A DNA stretch of 64,000 nucleotides from Klebsormidium nitens (lineage: Eukaryota; Plantae; Klebsormidiophyceae): assembly GCA_000708835.1 (NCBI GenBank), contig DF237146.1, positions 85,127 to 149,126 of the forward strand, given 5' to 3'. Positions within the stretch are counted from its first letter, which is position 1. Every line of letters begins with the position of its first letter. Made by a program: the position numbers and the translations under genes. Under the pieces are notes generated by a model, which was not told the origin of the DNA, searched no databases, and saw nothing but the letters and a program-made list of their open reading frames with translations. Below, piece by piece: positions 24,303 to 36,745 of the stretch.

Positions 24303-25226
24303 TTACTTGGATAGCGATTCGAATTTAGATGGACCATTCCCAACCGAGTCTCCAGTTGGGCTGACTCTTTCCCCCGAATATCTCAGATAGGAATGCACGT
24401 CACAAGTTAAGTTCTCCTTATGCGGTTCCAAATGCGAACACAGAACGCCCCGCAAACGATACCATGTAATGGATCCGCCGACCGCCCAAGGTCTCTTCGG
24501 ACGGAGAATTTCACAGCAGGCAAGTTCTGTCAAAGCAGGTGATCTTGTCTCACAGGGTGGAAGTGTGTAGAGTTCTACAGACAGGGGCCCCGGCGGATCA
24601 TTCTCGACGCTGACTCCGATGGATTTGCCAGCAACAGAAGCGTTACGAGTCTGGCTTAATTCTTTCAGTATTGCTTGGGAACTCAAATATCCAGCTGCCG
24701 GGTACACCGGCTGGAGCGAAACGTCCGCAAATCTGTAAGACGCTGAGGTCGTATATGCAGCGTTGTCTGCTACTGTGTGTTCCGGGTAGATGCCCCACAT
24801 CCAAATGCTCCGCCCTAAGCGAACGAGGATCAGGATGATCCCCCCAGAGAAAAGACGCGCCCGAAAGCAGCATGCAGCGCAAAATCCATCCTCTCGTGTA
24901 GAGCGTGCCACCCCTTGGCTTTGTTCAGCACGGTTGATTTGCTTTGCCGCACAGCATCGGGCTATCAACAGTCGTTTGTACCCACCCAGAGCTTCCACCT
25001 TTGCATCCAATTTTACACCTTCCTCTGACTTGTGAATCTCAGACTGACAACTGTCTTGCACAGCCGTCGCTGAGCCACAAAACGCTTCCTTCCAAACGTC
25101 TGGATTTTCTGCCGCGGCGCGGTAGAAGGGCGCCAAATCACACGTGCTTCGCAACAACGAGAGGGGGTCCAGAGCAGCCAGCTTGCGGAGGGTGACCAAG
25201 ATCAGCTCGTTCGGAAGGCGCTCCAT
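24303..25226 (-). CDS. F-box-like paralog D, intact intronless 307 aa
   Basis: Open ORF; LPNELILVTLRKLAALDPLSLLRSTC..VWKEAF..LGGYKRL..GPLSVELY. Confidence 0.85.
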   Translation of the reverse strand: MERLPNELILVTLRKLAALDPLSLLRSTCDLAPFYRAAAENPDVWKEAFCGSATAVQDSCQSEIHKSEEGVKLDAKVEALGGYKRLLIARCCAAKQINRAEQSQGVARSTREDGFCAACCFRARLFSGGIILILVRLGRSIWMWGIYPEHTVADNAAYTTSASYRFADVSLQPVYPAAGYLSSQAILKELSQTRNASVAGKSIGVSVENDPPGPLSVELYTLPPCETRSPALTELACCEILRPKRPWAVGGSITWYRLRGVLCSHLEPHKENLTCDVHSYLRYSGERVSPTGDSVGNGPSKFESLSK

Positions 25227-25589
25227 GCCTGCGCTCAGAACGTCATGGGAGAACAGTACAAAGACTAGTAAACATCATCTGATGGTCGATACTCAGCGCG
25301 GCCGTGGGTCAAACCGGCGCGACTGGCCGCTCGTCGACCCAACGGGCGCGGCCGCGGGTTCTCTGGCGCGGCCGCGGCCGGTTTAGACGCGGCCGCCAAA
25401 GCCTCGCCTCCCACTCGTCGCGCGGCGGCGCGCGCGCACCCTGAGCCTTTTGCCGCCCAAGTGCGAATGTCGCTTTGGAAGGCGCCGCGCGCCTGGCTGC
25501 GTAACCAAAGGACGAGCGAAGGGCGCAGCAGAAGACTCAAATGGCTCAAGCACTTTGTGGATGTGGATAAAGCGGGAGTATAGCTCGTC

Positions 25590-26370
25590 ATGGAGGATCT
25601 ACCAAGCGAACTGGTAAGGGTCATCCTGTATAAGCTTGCGGCGCAGGATCTTCCCTCCTTGTTGCGGGCCACGTGTGCGTGGAAAGGTTTTCACCTGGAG
25701 GTAAAGGGAAGTCCTGAGATCTGGAAGGAAGCCTTTTGCGGCGGAAACTCGGGGCTTGCAGACGAGAAACCGGAAGCTGAGATCATGTTGTTGGGTGGGT
25801 ACAAGCGGCTGGTCAAAGCTCGGTGGGAGAATAGCCTTTGTTTGAAACCTGAACAAACACAAGGCCTAGGATGGGTCGCACCAAGTGAACCCAAGTTCTC
25901 ATATCTCGATTTGACCAGGAGTACTCACTACAAGTTCCTTGTCTTGATGAGAGAGCAAAGCAGGATCCTGTTATATATGGGGGTTGCTGATCCGCACGCC
26001 GTCAAGGCAGAAGACGCTCGGGGATTTCACCTTCAGATCCATAGTACATAGCCCTTATTCTAGTAGACTGAGAAAACCATCTTCTGTTGATCTCGAACTT
26101 TCTTTGTCTACTTCGGGGTTAGAGTCTCTCTTTTTCCAAGCACGCCCGACTTGCGGGAAGGGTTCGAAAGGACAGAAGAGCCTCAGGGTTGGAAGCGACC
26201 AGGTAATGCAGGGTCCTTTATTCGTGGACCTGTACCACTTTCGCCAGCCGCAAAGTAACCCAAGCTTGAGAGACGCAAAGACCTGGTTGTGTGAAATATA
26301 TCGTGGGCGAGACGATGCAGACGTTCCGGCATTTACGTTCGATGGACGTTTAATTTCCGTAGTTCTTTGA
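25590..26370 (+). pseudogene. F-box-like paralog E, frameshifted
   Basis: Family WG motif (IWGLLIRTPS) lies in a shifted frame at about 25971-25978; the C-terminal half (GPLFVDLY..KTWLCEIY) is in the 25984-26370 ORF. Confidence 0.85.
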
Positions 26371-27436
26371 TGTGAGCGAACGTTCTGAAAAACAATACAA
26401 ACCTCAATATTTGGCAGCTCTGGTCTCCACGTGTGCGCAGTCAAGGACAACGCCGGCGCCTAATTGGATAAGCAGTGGGACAGGACAGTCTCGCCTTAAA
26501 AGTGACATGGAAGACCCGTTTGTCACGGCGGTTATACATATTTGAACAAGGTCATGTTGCAAGTGGAAAAGTTTTGCGCGCGACTCGAGCCTCGATTCCT
26601 GATAGAACAGGAAGACCTGAGAAAACGTTTTGGTATTTTGTATCAACTATGATATTATGCATTCTTCCTACGCGCGTCAAAAAAGGAGTCAGGATAAAAT
26701 ACCCGTCCATGAAAAGCGTGCATAACTCATCCGAAAAAGATGGTTCAGGCTGTAAACACGATTCATCATGCAAAGCAGAAGTTGCATGTGTTCCGACACC
26801 CGATTACTTCTGCTTCTTTATGCAAGCAAGAGACTAATTAAGACTCCAAGAAAAGACGATCGTACTGTAAATCTGAATTAAGGAATCTAGATGCTAATAA
26901 ATCTCTTCGTCCCTCTTCTGGAAGTCGCACCATGTTCCAGACTTCGTTTTCATGATCAGCCCGGCAGCTTTACCACCCACTTGACACTTGTCGTCAATCG
27001 CTACCTCTGCATGGCATAGGGCAGGCCGCCTGGTCAATAGGAAGATCAGACTCATGATTAACCAAGGCCTTTGATCATTCACCCTCTCTCCAAAAATCTG
27101 CAAAACTCCGTTGCGTTTGCTCATGGGCGATCATATCAAAGATGGGCGCAGGCAGAACGCTTTAGCCCGCAGGTCCTAACTAGCGAACGGGGCCGTGAGC
27201 ACGGTTCCTTGGGCGATACCGCGTTTGATTTTGACCCGCGGCCGCTGAAGCGCCCTCCTGGGCCAGGCGGCCGCCCAACGTTTTGTCCAGGCGTGGCAAA
27301 AGCGGCCGCATGACACCGATAAAACCCCACGTCGCGTCGCGGCCGCGGACGCGCTTCGAAGGACGCGCAGATCAGCAACATCTCAATGGCGCCCTGCAAA
27401 AGTGAACAGAGTTTCGAGCAGAAGCAAAGCGCGACA

Positions 27437-28192
27437 ATGGAGATTCTGCCAGGCGAACTAGTGCGGGTCGTTCTGTCGAAGCTGGCGGCGCAGGACCCTC
27501 CATCATTGCTGCGGGCCACGTGTGCCTGCAAAGCCATTTACCGGGAGGTGGAAGGAGACTCTAAATTTTGGAAGGATGGATTCTTCGGCGGAGATTCAGA
27601 TATTGGAGAGCACTGCAAAGACGAGAGCCTGGAAGCTGAGATTTTGTTGGTAGGGGGGTACAAGCGGCTAGTGAAAGCTCGGTGGGAGGTGACAGAGTCC
27701 TCGGGTTTTGAACGAAGCCGGGAGTTGCTTTCACCGTGTAGTTCCAAGACTTCCAGTTTTGATGGAAGTAGAGAAATTAACGTCAAATACCTTGTCCTGG
27801 TGAGAGACCAGAAGAGGCTCATCTTGTGGGGCTTCTTAAAGTTCACGCCATCGGGGGACGTTAATCTCGGCGATTTGACACTCACTGCTGTGAGTCTCAG
27901 AGCTTCTACTCGGGGCGACGTTCGACTTTATCTGAGTACTTCGCGGATCGAGCCGCTTTGTTCAAATACTTGCACGAGTACCGAAGAGGTGTGGGAAGGA
28001 CAAAGCAGGATGGTCGGTAGCAACTGTATACTGCAAGGGCCAGTCTCCCTGGAAAGATACGATTTCCAGGAACCTCAAAGTAATCCAAAGAATCCTGAAA
28101 GCTGGTTATGTCACACATATGTAGGACACGGTAAAAAAGTCTGGTCAGTGGACCTTTCTGGACGTTTCCTTTCCGTGGGTCCTGCGCTTTGA
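27437..28192 (+). CDS. F-box-like paralog F, intact intronless
   Basis: Open ORF; MEILPGELVRVVLSKLAAQDPPSLLRATCACK..FWKDGF..VGGYKRL..LWG..GPVSLERY. Confidence 0.85.
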   Translation: MEILPGELVRVVLSKLAAQDPPSLLRATCACKAIYREVEGDSKFWKDGFFGGDSDIGEHCKDESLEAEILLVGGYKRLVKARWEVTESSGFERSRELLSPCSSKTSSFDGSREINVKYLVLVRDQKRLILWGFLKFTPSGDVNLGDLTLTAVSLRASTRGDVRLYLSTSRIEPLCSNTCTSTEEVWEGQSRMVGSNCILQGPVSLERYDFQEPQSNPKNPESWLCHTYVGHGKKVWSVDLSGRFLSVGPAL

Positions 28193-29738
28193 GGAGACAA
28201 AACGTGAGGGCATACGTTGCCCATACGTTGGGAGGATTCTTCTGTAACTCGGAGATCAAGTGGTAAGACTTGGAGTTGTTAAGGAAGGCGGAGCCTCAAA
28301 AGATTGTAACAGATTGCGAACAAAAAGCACAGAGGTCTTCAGCTTTCTATCTTGCCTTTTAAATCCGACAACGGGTTTAAGAGGAGTTCTGATTCCCAAA
28401 CTTAACCAGGCAGGATGCTTTAGAGTGCCACTGGAATTGCATTTCCACTCATCTTCAAGAGGTCTGGCGCTGGCTATGCATAAGAAAGTCGTCAAATGTG
28501 CTTTGACATTATGTCGCAAGACGTGATCGAGATTTGGAAGCCTTAAGAGAACGGCTGTCCTCTTGATTTGACGTACTCTGGGGTCATGATATCCCATGAG
28601 ACTTGCGGCCCACTCTTAGTTTCTTGTAAGTATACTAATCAAAAGATCGAGGCAGCGCCTTCGTTGGCATGGTGCAATGGGGCAGACAGTGGCCCAAGGA
28701 TATTGCGCGTTTATGTGTAACCAAGACGATTAGGCAATGCGAAGCTTCTCATTTGCTCTCAGCTCTCAACCTTCTATTAGCTTAATGCATGATTGCATGC
28801 GGTTGGTTCGAAGGGCTGCGCTCCGAACACATTCGGGTCGAACAGAAGCGGCCCAACGGCTTCAGCCATGACATTGCTACAATCAATGCTCTCGCGCGCA
28901 TGAATGGAAGCATCTGTACTCTTAGGATAAGTGCCAGAGCTATCCGTTTCTGCGTTCATACTACTTTTTAAACGGCAACTTGAAACATGCGTACATCTTC
29001 CAATTCGCCCTGATTGGAGAGTCCGATTCCGTATCTCGCGAATAACTCTTTGATTCGCAATGATCGATGTCCAAAAGATCCAGGGAAGGCGCGTACTCTA
29101 GGAGCGAATTCTGCAACCCATGAATAGTGACTTGCCAGTATGGATATCCTTGTCGGTTGCCCGTGCCAGTGCAGTGGGCCCTTCTGAATTGAATCTGAGC
29201 GCGGTGCATGATATCGATTTCGACGTGACCAGGGAAAGAGAGAGCATGTGATATTTTGTGTGTGTATTGTATGACCCGCCGCACACTCTCTTCACAGCTG
29301 TCGTCAATCGGTACCTCTGGCGTTAGGGCAGGCCGCCTGCCAGATGAGCTAGAAGATCGGTCTTTAATTTTCGAGGCTTCTCATTCACTCCCTCTCAATA
29401 ATCTGATAACAATCCCTGGCAATCAATCATGACAGTAATATTTTAGACGGGCTGCACAGGCAGAACGCTTTCGCCAGCAGGTCCGAAGCGGCGCGGCAAC
29501 GAAAGCGGAACCGAAAAAGCGAACGGGCCGTGAACGCGCGCGCGGTTCCATGGGCGTTTACTTCGAACCGCGGCCGGAGCGCCCTCGTTTTGCCTAGGCA
29601 CATCTTACCTCCACTGCGTAACATCCACAAAACCCCAAGTCCGGTCGCGGCCGCGGCCGCGCTTCGAAGGCCGCGCAGATCTGCAACGTCTCATGGAGTG
29701 CGAAGTCAGCAGAGTTTCGAGCAGAAGCAAAGCGCGCT

Positions 29739-30510
29739 ATGGAGACCCTACCTGGCGAAATAGTGCGGGTCGTTCTGTGGAAGCTAGCAGTGCAGGACCC
29801 TACGTCATTGCTCCGGGCCAGGTGTGTTTGCAAAGCCTTTCACCGAGAGGTGGAACGAACTCCTAAGATTTGGAAGGATGCATTCTTGGGCGGAGACTCA
29901 GATCTTGGAGAGCACTGCAGAGACGAGATCCTGGAATACGAGATTGAGATGATAGGGGGGTACAAGCGGCTGGTGAAAGCTTGGTGGGAGAAGACAAATA
30001 TTTTGGATTCTGAACAAACCCAGGGGGTGCATCCATCGTGTGCATCGATATCATTCTCTTTTGTAGGACGTAGAGATATTCCCATCAATTACCTTGACTT
30101 GATGGTTCGAGCAAAAGAGGCTCATCTTCGGGGGCTTGCTCAAGCATACGCCATCAGCGAATGCGGATCTCGACGATCTGACCCTCAAGTCTGTGAGTTT
30201 CAGTGCTACTCCTCCTGGAGACGTTAAATTTTATCTGGTTACCTCGGCTCTGGTTACCCTAGAGCCGCTCTCTCCTACAGCTCTCACGAGTCCCGGCGAA
30301 CTTGAAGCGTTGGAGGGGCAGACCAGATTTGCTGGCAGCAATTACCTTGTGCAGGGGCCAGTTTCCCTGGAGATATACGATTTCCAAGAATCTCACAGTA
30401 ATCCGAAGAAACCGAAGACCTGGTCGTGCAAAATATTCGTAGGACAAGATACTGAAGATTTAGCATTTGAACTTTCTGGACGTTTCTTTTCTGTGGGCTT
30501 TTCACTTTGA
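29739..30510 (+). pseudogene. F-box-like paralog G, frameshifted
   Basis: 2-nt deletion near 30108-30118 relative to F (AGA GAC CAG AAG AGG versus CGA GC AA AAG AGG); the C-terminal half is in the 30136-30510 ORF. Confidence 0.85.
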
Positions 30511-32022
30511 GGAGACAAGGCCAGTTATTTTGCATACTTCCTGACCGTAGTTCTAGGTTTTTGTCACAATTCATGACAGAGAACGGGGCGTGGTCAGGGA
30601 GTCTCATGAGAATCTTGGCAATCAGCCAGCTTGGCAGGCGTCTTTAAGGGCGGGCTGCGTAAGAATTTGAAAACCTGGTCCGCGCTGTAGAGTGCAAAAA
30701 AGACTTTCAGATTATGAGTTTTTCACATCGGAGCCGTCACTGAAATTTGCAAAAGCGCATCCACCTTTTTCTCAAACCCGGTATGCTACTTCGCTTTCAT
30801 CCGTCGACGGGGTCCTTGAAAATGTTGTGAAGCAGACTTGGACAAGAGAGGCGTGCATGATCACTATGATGCGACTGGGTCAGATTGCCAATTGCTCATC
30901 TGAGATGTGAAAACGAGCCATCTATAGCTAGAAAACTGCGATCGCGTACTTCGACTGACGTCGCAACTCAATTGTTTGAGCGCCAAAATGATTGGTACCA
31001 CAACTGTCAATTATCTGGAAGGGCTCTCTCTTTCAGTCGAAGTGGATGCATTCCGATCCTTTTGCTTTCTTTGGTGCCTCTGTCGGACCGACTCTATGAG
31101 GCTGGCAATCCCAGCGGACACGACGTCAAATGTTTTTTAAACATATAGAGAGGCGATTAAGAGATAAATATGATGGTGATTTAGACAGTCACGGTAGTCT
31201 AGTAGTACCGTTCCGCCATTTCTCCAGAGACGGATGAGGCTTAAGCGGTTTATATTCCGGACGGTTGCGGGCGGAACGTCGCATCCGCTTTGGTGCGCGT
31301 CGAATCGAGACGGATCAAAATGGATGAATCCACACGGACTTGTTAGTAGATAAATGTAAGTTTGTATTCTTTCAACGACGTCCTGATCCGCTATCCAATT
31401 GTGCCTCGACAGTGCTCTGCTATTGGCAACAATGACTAGCGTTCCACTAGCGTACATCCTCAAGATAGATTAACGTCTGGGGTGCCCTGTCGTACCTGCT
31501 TGATGAAAATCAATCGCTTTCAAGCAATGATCAACGTCATTCCGGCAGACTTTTCTGACATGTAGCTTGACGTGACCAGCTTGCCGGAACGCAAACAATA
31601 TTCTGTACGCAATTTAATATGTGCATAGGTAGTGTGACCAGCTTTAGAAGTACGAAAGCAGCTGGCGGTGGGTATATTCTGACGGGGCGCGCCGCCGCCG
31701 CAAACATTCGCGCGCGCCGCGCGGCCTGGCCGCCATTGGCAGGCCCGGGTACTACCGCGCGGCGCGCGGCCGGCGACAGGCCCGGGGCGCGTGTGCCGGC
31801 CGACCCAAACCGTTACCAAACCCCTGGCAAAACCGCGCGGCGCGTCCGCAGCGCGGCCGCGCGGGTGTACGTTGGCCGCCGGTCCGAGCGGCCCGCGCGC
31901 GACGACGTCTCCGCCATCCTTTTACTTCCAACTCTTGAACAAAAGCAGTCCTTTAGTCCTCGGAGTGTATTTCTTGCCGCTTTCACCACCGGTTAAAGAG
32001 GCAGATTTTGGTAAGAGGAAGG

Positions 32023-34570
32023 ATGGCGTCCGGCATGCAAGGGGGAAAAGGAAGGGTTCCGCTGGCGCGGTACTGGAGCCTCGCTCTAATGACCTGCTGT
32101 TGGACAGGTTCGGTTATGGCGACGTTCATTCTTTGAAAAGCATATGCATGTGAATATCACTTTGAGGTCAACTTTAACTTTTGCCCTTTGACGTGATAAC
32201 ATCAATCTTCATCAGAGATTCACTCTTTTCTGTCTCACTTTGTGTTGCATGTAAGCTACCTGATCATGGTCAGATCCGTTATACGGATCAGGGTAGGGGC
32301 ACTGCCACCAAGCTTTTCAAGGACTCATCATGGACAGTCAAAAGATTCCAGACGTTTGCGCAACTGCAAGTTTTTGGTCGACCCTGATATTTGTTCGGGA
32401 CCAGGTTTTCAGCGAAACAAACGTTCACAACATACTAAAGGTGACTTGCAGCCGTCTCAGGATCTTAAAACCTAGGCTCATGTTCAATAACGGGGTAATT
32501 GCATGATATTTGCACTTATCGTTGCTTCACTAGTCATGTTTGGTCAGTCTGCCGCTCGAGGATGTATGATCAGGAAACCAAACTTCCTTTCCTTGTCTGC
32601 AGTTCTCATTTGTCCCAATGTTTCCAACGCCCAAGCTCTCCCCGCCAACCAGTCGCTTCCGGAGCCGACCCTGGTGAATGAGTTCCTGCTTAGCAACCAG
32701 TTGAACTGGACCAATCCAGTGCTCGGGAAACCTCCCCGACCGCTCCAAGTGATCAAGTGCCAATCGCTGACAAAACCGGTGTACGACTTCTATCGAATCG
32801 AGGCACCCACGAATACTTGTCAGATCCCGCCTCCTGTTGTGAACGTTCTCCACCCCAAGCACACTCCCAAAGTGCTCCGCATCCTTCTGGGCATAACCAT
32901 CTTCCTCGGCGTTGTCATCGACGGCCTGGTATTTTTCTGGATGGTTTGGGGAGCGTTGCTCTTCGCTTTGTTCGGGGCTCTCACAATCCTATTCTCACAA
33001 TCCTAGCGCTAGTCGGTGGCCTCCTGATTTTCCTGCTGAGTTGGATCTGCTGTTGCTCTTTCCACTTCGATAAGAGCGAAGACTCTCTGGAGGCCCCAGA
33101 CGTAGAGCCACCGAGACTTGCGCCAATCAGGGACAATGACGTCACCAGTGGCAATAAAGCGGTTGATGATTGGGCCCGAATCGAGTCATTGAAGTCCGAG
33201 ATTGGCTGGTCGAACCATAATGACAGTGCAAAAGCAGAGCACACTTTCAGTTGGGAACCGGCCAACGAGTTCAACCCCTTCAGTCTCAGCTACACTAGCG
33301 AGCTGCAAGCAGAGGCTGCCAGCACGCAAGGACACGTGGCAGCTTCTCCGACAGCCGCAACTGACGTCAGACCTCAACCGGTGACTCTTTCCACCGGCCA
33401 GTCCGGGTCGGGATCGAATTCAGACCAGCAAACGCCCCCGGTGGTCTGCTTTAAGACCAAAGAAGGGAAGAAGGCCAGAAAGCGCAACCCACTCTGTCAA
33501 GGACTTCTGATTTTGACCTATGTCGTCACCTTGCCGGTGCTCGTTTACCTTATTATTTCGGTTGCTCGCATGGTGCCGGGAGGGGTCAAGTGCTTCACCA
33601 CGGATACCAGAGTGGAGCGACTGGGGCCGGTGCCTCTACCCGATCCCGCAAAAGGTATGATCTTTCCTGATGGGCACATTGTTTTCTGAAATCAACGCGG
33701 TGAATTCGCAGAGGGTTCTGCTGAGACCTCCTTTTGTTAGCCACGGCCTTGGCCAAGACTTTCGCATACCAGAGTACAAGCGGGAGGTTCTAACTCCTGA
33801 GCTCGTTGTTTGTTGAAAGTAAAGACGCGTCGTCACGTTCTGAATGACGTCTTTCCGTCCTTTTTCGATCTTACCTTGGTTAAAGGAGCACCGTACTGCT
33901 AAAGGTGATTGAAGTGAATAAACCTTCATGTATCTGCTGGACGTCAGAATTTCGATAAATTCATCAGGCGAGTCGAAATCAGCACGAGTTCGCACCTCAG
34001 GTTGCAGCAGCTTCTCCCGCGGCGTCTGAACAAAAGTGGTGGGCTTAAAACCGATCATCTGGTTGAGAAGTATTGAACCCTGCAGATGCATCTCTAGCCC
34101 AGATTTGGACATTGGCAGATTCATTCTCTACTTTAAATACAGTAGGAGCCGTAACTGACATCCTGTGCATGACTCCTTGCCCAGGTTTGAACCAGTACCT
34201 GGCGTCTAGGTCCAACGGGACCAGCCTGACTCTTCAGTCCTGCAAGAACGACCGCTTGCAAATCTACGCTCTCGCTCCGGACGGCTGCGGACGTCTGGCG
34301 GATCCGTACGGCGGCCGCTCACCGGACAACGAGCTGCCGGCCCGTATCCGCGCCATGTGTCCAAAGTTACTGAACGCGTGGAGTGCGAAGGATTTGGTTT
34401 ATGGCGCGCTACCGTGCTTGGCGATGGCGATAGCCAGCTGGTTTCTGGTACTGGACTGCTCGTTACCCCTGTGCGAGTGCGAGGAGTGTAAGAAGAAGCG
34501 GCAGAGGCGGGCGGAAGTTGCGACACAGACGGAGGAAGCTCCGCGTCAGCAACCTGGAGGGGCTGTCTAA
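32023..34570 (+). pseudogene. Signal-peptide, multi-pass membrane protein of unknown function, frameshifted by a 14-nt duplication
   Basis: Exons 32023-32107, 32603-33654 and 34143-34570 join in phase 1; several hydrophobic segments; TCTCACAATCCTA is repeated with period 14 at 32979-33005. Confidence 0.7.
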
Positions 34571-35293
34571 CATCCGCGGGCAGTGAGAAGAGGATATTGT
34601 CTGAAGAGGATAAGTGTGCGTAGATCTTGTTTGTGTGTCAAGGCTTGGACGTCGCGGTCGGGGTTCGTTACAGCAGTGACGGCATTAGTCGTCAGAGTAG
34701 TCGTTGCATAGTCCTCTGGAAGTCCTGCCTTGCAGAAGTTGCTGTAGTAGATAAACGGTTTTTCCATTACTCTCTGTCGAGACCTTCTGATTCGACTATT
34801 TCGTTCTCCAGAATTCTACTTTGGAAATGGACACTTGCGGCAGTATGTTTATCCAATAATCATCCCACTAGGCATTCTTTTAAGTCTTGATTGAAAACGC
34901 GCTTATTAATCACGACAAGAAGCTGATTGCTGGAGGATTCCAGGAATGCCGATGGAGGCTGCAGCCATGTTCGACGATTGCAATTTTCAACCAGCATGGG
35001 CGGAATGGTTGAAAGGTAATCCGGCTTACTCAGAGGCATGTCCTTGACGTTTTCCAACCAATTTGAAACGCGGCCAGATTGAAACGTAGGTCAAAAAAAG
35101 CGCGCAAACTAACACGGCCGCACCTTCAGCCGGGATAGCATCTCGAGCGCCCATCATCGTCGAACCCACTAACAACGTCATCAGAACCAAATCACCTTCG
35201 CGAGCGTGGAAATGACAAAAGCATGAGACCCGTCTGCCATTTATACTCGTGGCGTTGCTTCAAGAATCCTCAAGACCAAGCAAGCGGTCTGAG

Positions 35294-35384
35294 GCTCAGG
35301 CCCCATCTTTCTCTGCGGATTCCGTGCCCCTGCAAGCTTTTCTACGTGCAATTCTAGAGAATCCTGTCGTCTGGAAGGAAGCGT
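35294..35384 (+). pseudogene. Decayed F-box N-terminal stub upstream of paralog H
   Basis: gctcagg..ccccatct..ctgcgg..ctgcaagct..gtcgtctggaaggaagcgt aligns to the start of H. Confidence 0.6.
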
Positions 35385-35818
35385 GAGAAGGCCTTGCGCC
35401 GCTTGAAAATCCGCACCAACCGCAGAGCCTCGGACCGGCCGGCCGACGGCTGGCCGCGACGTCGTCAACGCGCGGGCACGCTACCGAAAGGACATGACAT
35501 CAAGCGCCGCGCGTGGCCGCGTTCTGGCGCAGCGTGGAAGGGCCGTCGCGAACGCGCAGCCGCGCGCGTCGGCGTCGGCACTGCCTTGAAATGGCGCCGC
35601 CGCGGTTATCCGGTCGCCGGGTAGTAGCGCGCGCTAGACGCGGCCCCCACTTTCCCACCGCGACTGCACTCGCGGCCGCTCGAGCGCCCACCAGACTAGA
35701 TCGACCCTACCTAAGTTGGCGACGCGCTAGAGCAAACAGGTTTAAAGCCTGGCCTCGGGCCGCCTGCTAAACAAATCGAAGCGTTGGCTTTTGCCAGGCA
35801 GCTGGGACAGCGCCAAAT

Positions 35819-36745
35819 ATGGAAGATCTTCCCAGCGACTTACTTTTGATCGTCCTTCGCAAGCTAGCGGCTCAGGACCCCATCTCTTTGCTGCGGGCCA
35901 CGTGCGCCTGCAAGCTGATTCTTCGGGTGACTGAGGAGAACCCAATCGTCTGGAAGGAAGCGTTTCTTGGGTCGGCGCCCACTGAACAAAACACGGGCGG
36001 TCTTGATGCTTACGTCACGTGTGCTGAGCTGGATGAGCGGGTGGATCGGCTGGGAGGGTATAAGCAGCTAGCGCTGATCAAAGCAGGTCGTCAGGGATTG
36101 TCCAATTCAAAAGTGGGGTCTGCTCTTCAAGAAAGCATCAGCAGCAAATTAGATGCCGACTTCGAGAGCAACCTTTTCCGGTTTCTGGCTGTCTTTAGAC
36201 AGCGAGGCCATCTTCTTTGGGCTGCCGGTTACACTGAGAAGCCAAAGTCACTCACCGACTATTTAGCCTTTGTTCAGCTACCAGAGAAAGGCGACGGTAA
36301 TTCTGGTGGAGCCTGTAGAATTCAAACTTTGAGTGTTCTCGACCTTGTCCCAGTCTACTTACCTGCTTCATGCAACAAGCTGGCAGCAAATCGGTCAGCA
36401 GGTACACGAAGAGGCATAAACGCGGAAGGAGAGAGTCTGGAAGATTTCAAGAATGGGAAGATTAACGTAGAGGTCTTTATATCGCTAAACAGAGGTTCCG
36501 TCCATCCGAGCAAGGTTTTCTCGCAAAGCTTCAGGCCTTGGCCATGGGATAGCAGAATTCTCATCGACCGCGACGCCTCTACCAAATCTGTGGCAGTAGC
36601 CGAAGCACAGGGGTTCTTCATCTTCGAAGACCCTGACCGACTTCAAAATGACTGGCTGTTCAAGTTTACAGTAATGATTGCGGCGGCTGGGATCCTTGGC
36701 AAGGCGCTACAGCATATGCGGGGGTGGATCTTGGGACATCCGTAA
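35819..36745 (+). CDS. F-box-like paralog H, intact intronless 308 aa
   Basis: Open ORF; MEDLPSDLLLIVLRKLAAQDPISLLRATCACK..VWKEAF..LGGYKQL. Confidence 0.87.
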   Translation: MEDLPSDLLLIVLRKLAAQDPISLLRATCACKLILRVTEENPIVWKEAFLGSAPTEQNTGGLDAYVTCAELDERVDRLGGYKQLALIKAGRQGLSNSKVGSALQESISSKLDADFESNLFRFLAVFRQRGHLLWAAGYTEKPKSLTDYLAFVQLPEKGDGNSGGACRIQTLSVLDLVPVYLPASCNKLAANRSAGTRRGINAEGESLEDFKNGKINVEVFISLNRGSVHPSKVFSQSFRPWPWDSRILIDRDASTKSVAVAEAQGFFIFEDPDRLQNDWLFKFTVMIAAAGILGKALQHMRGWILGHP

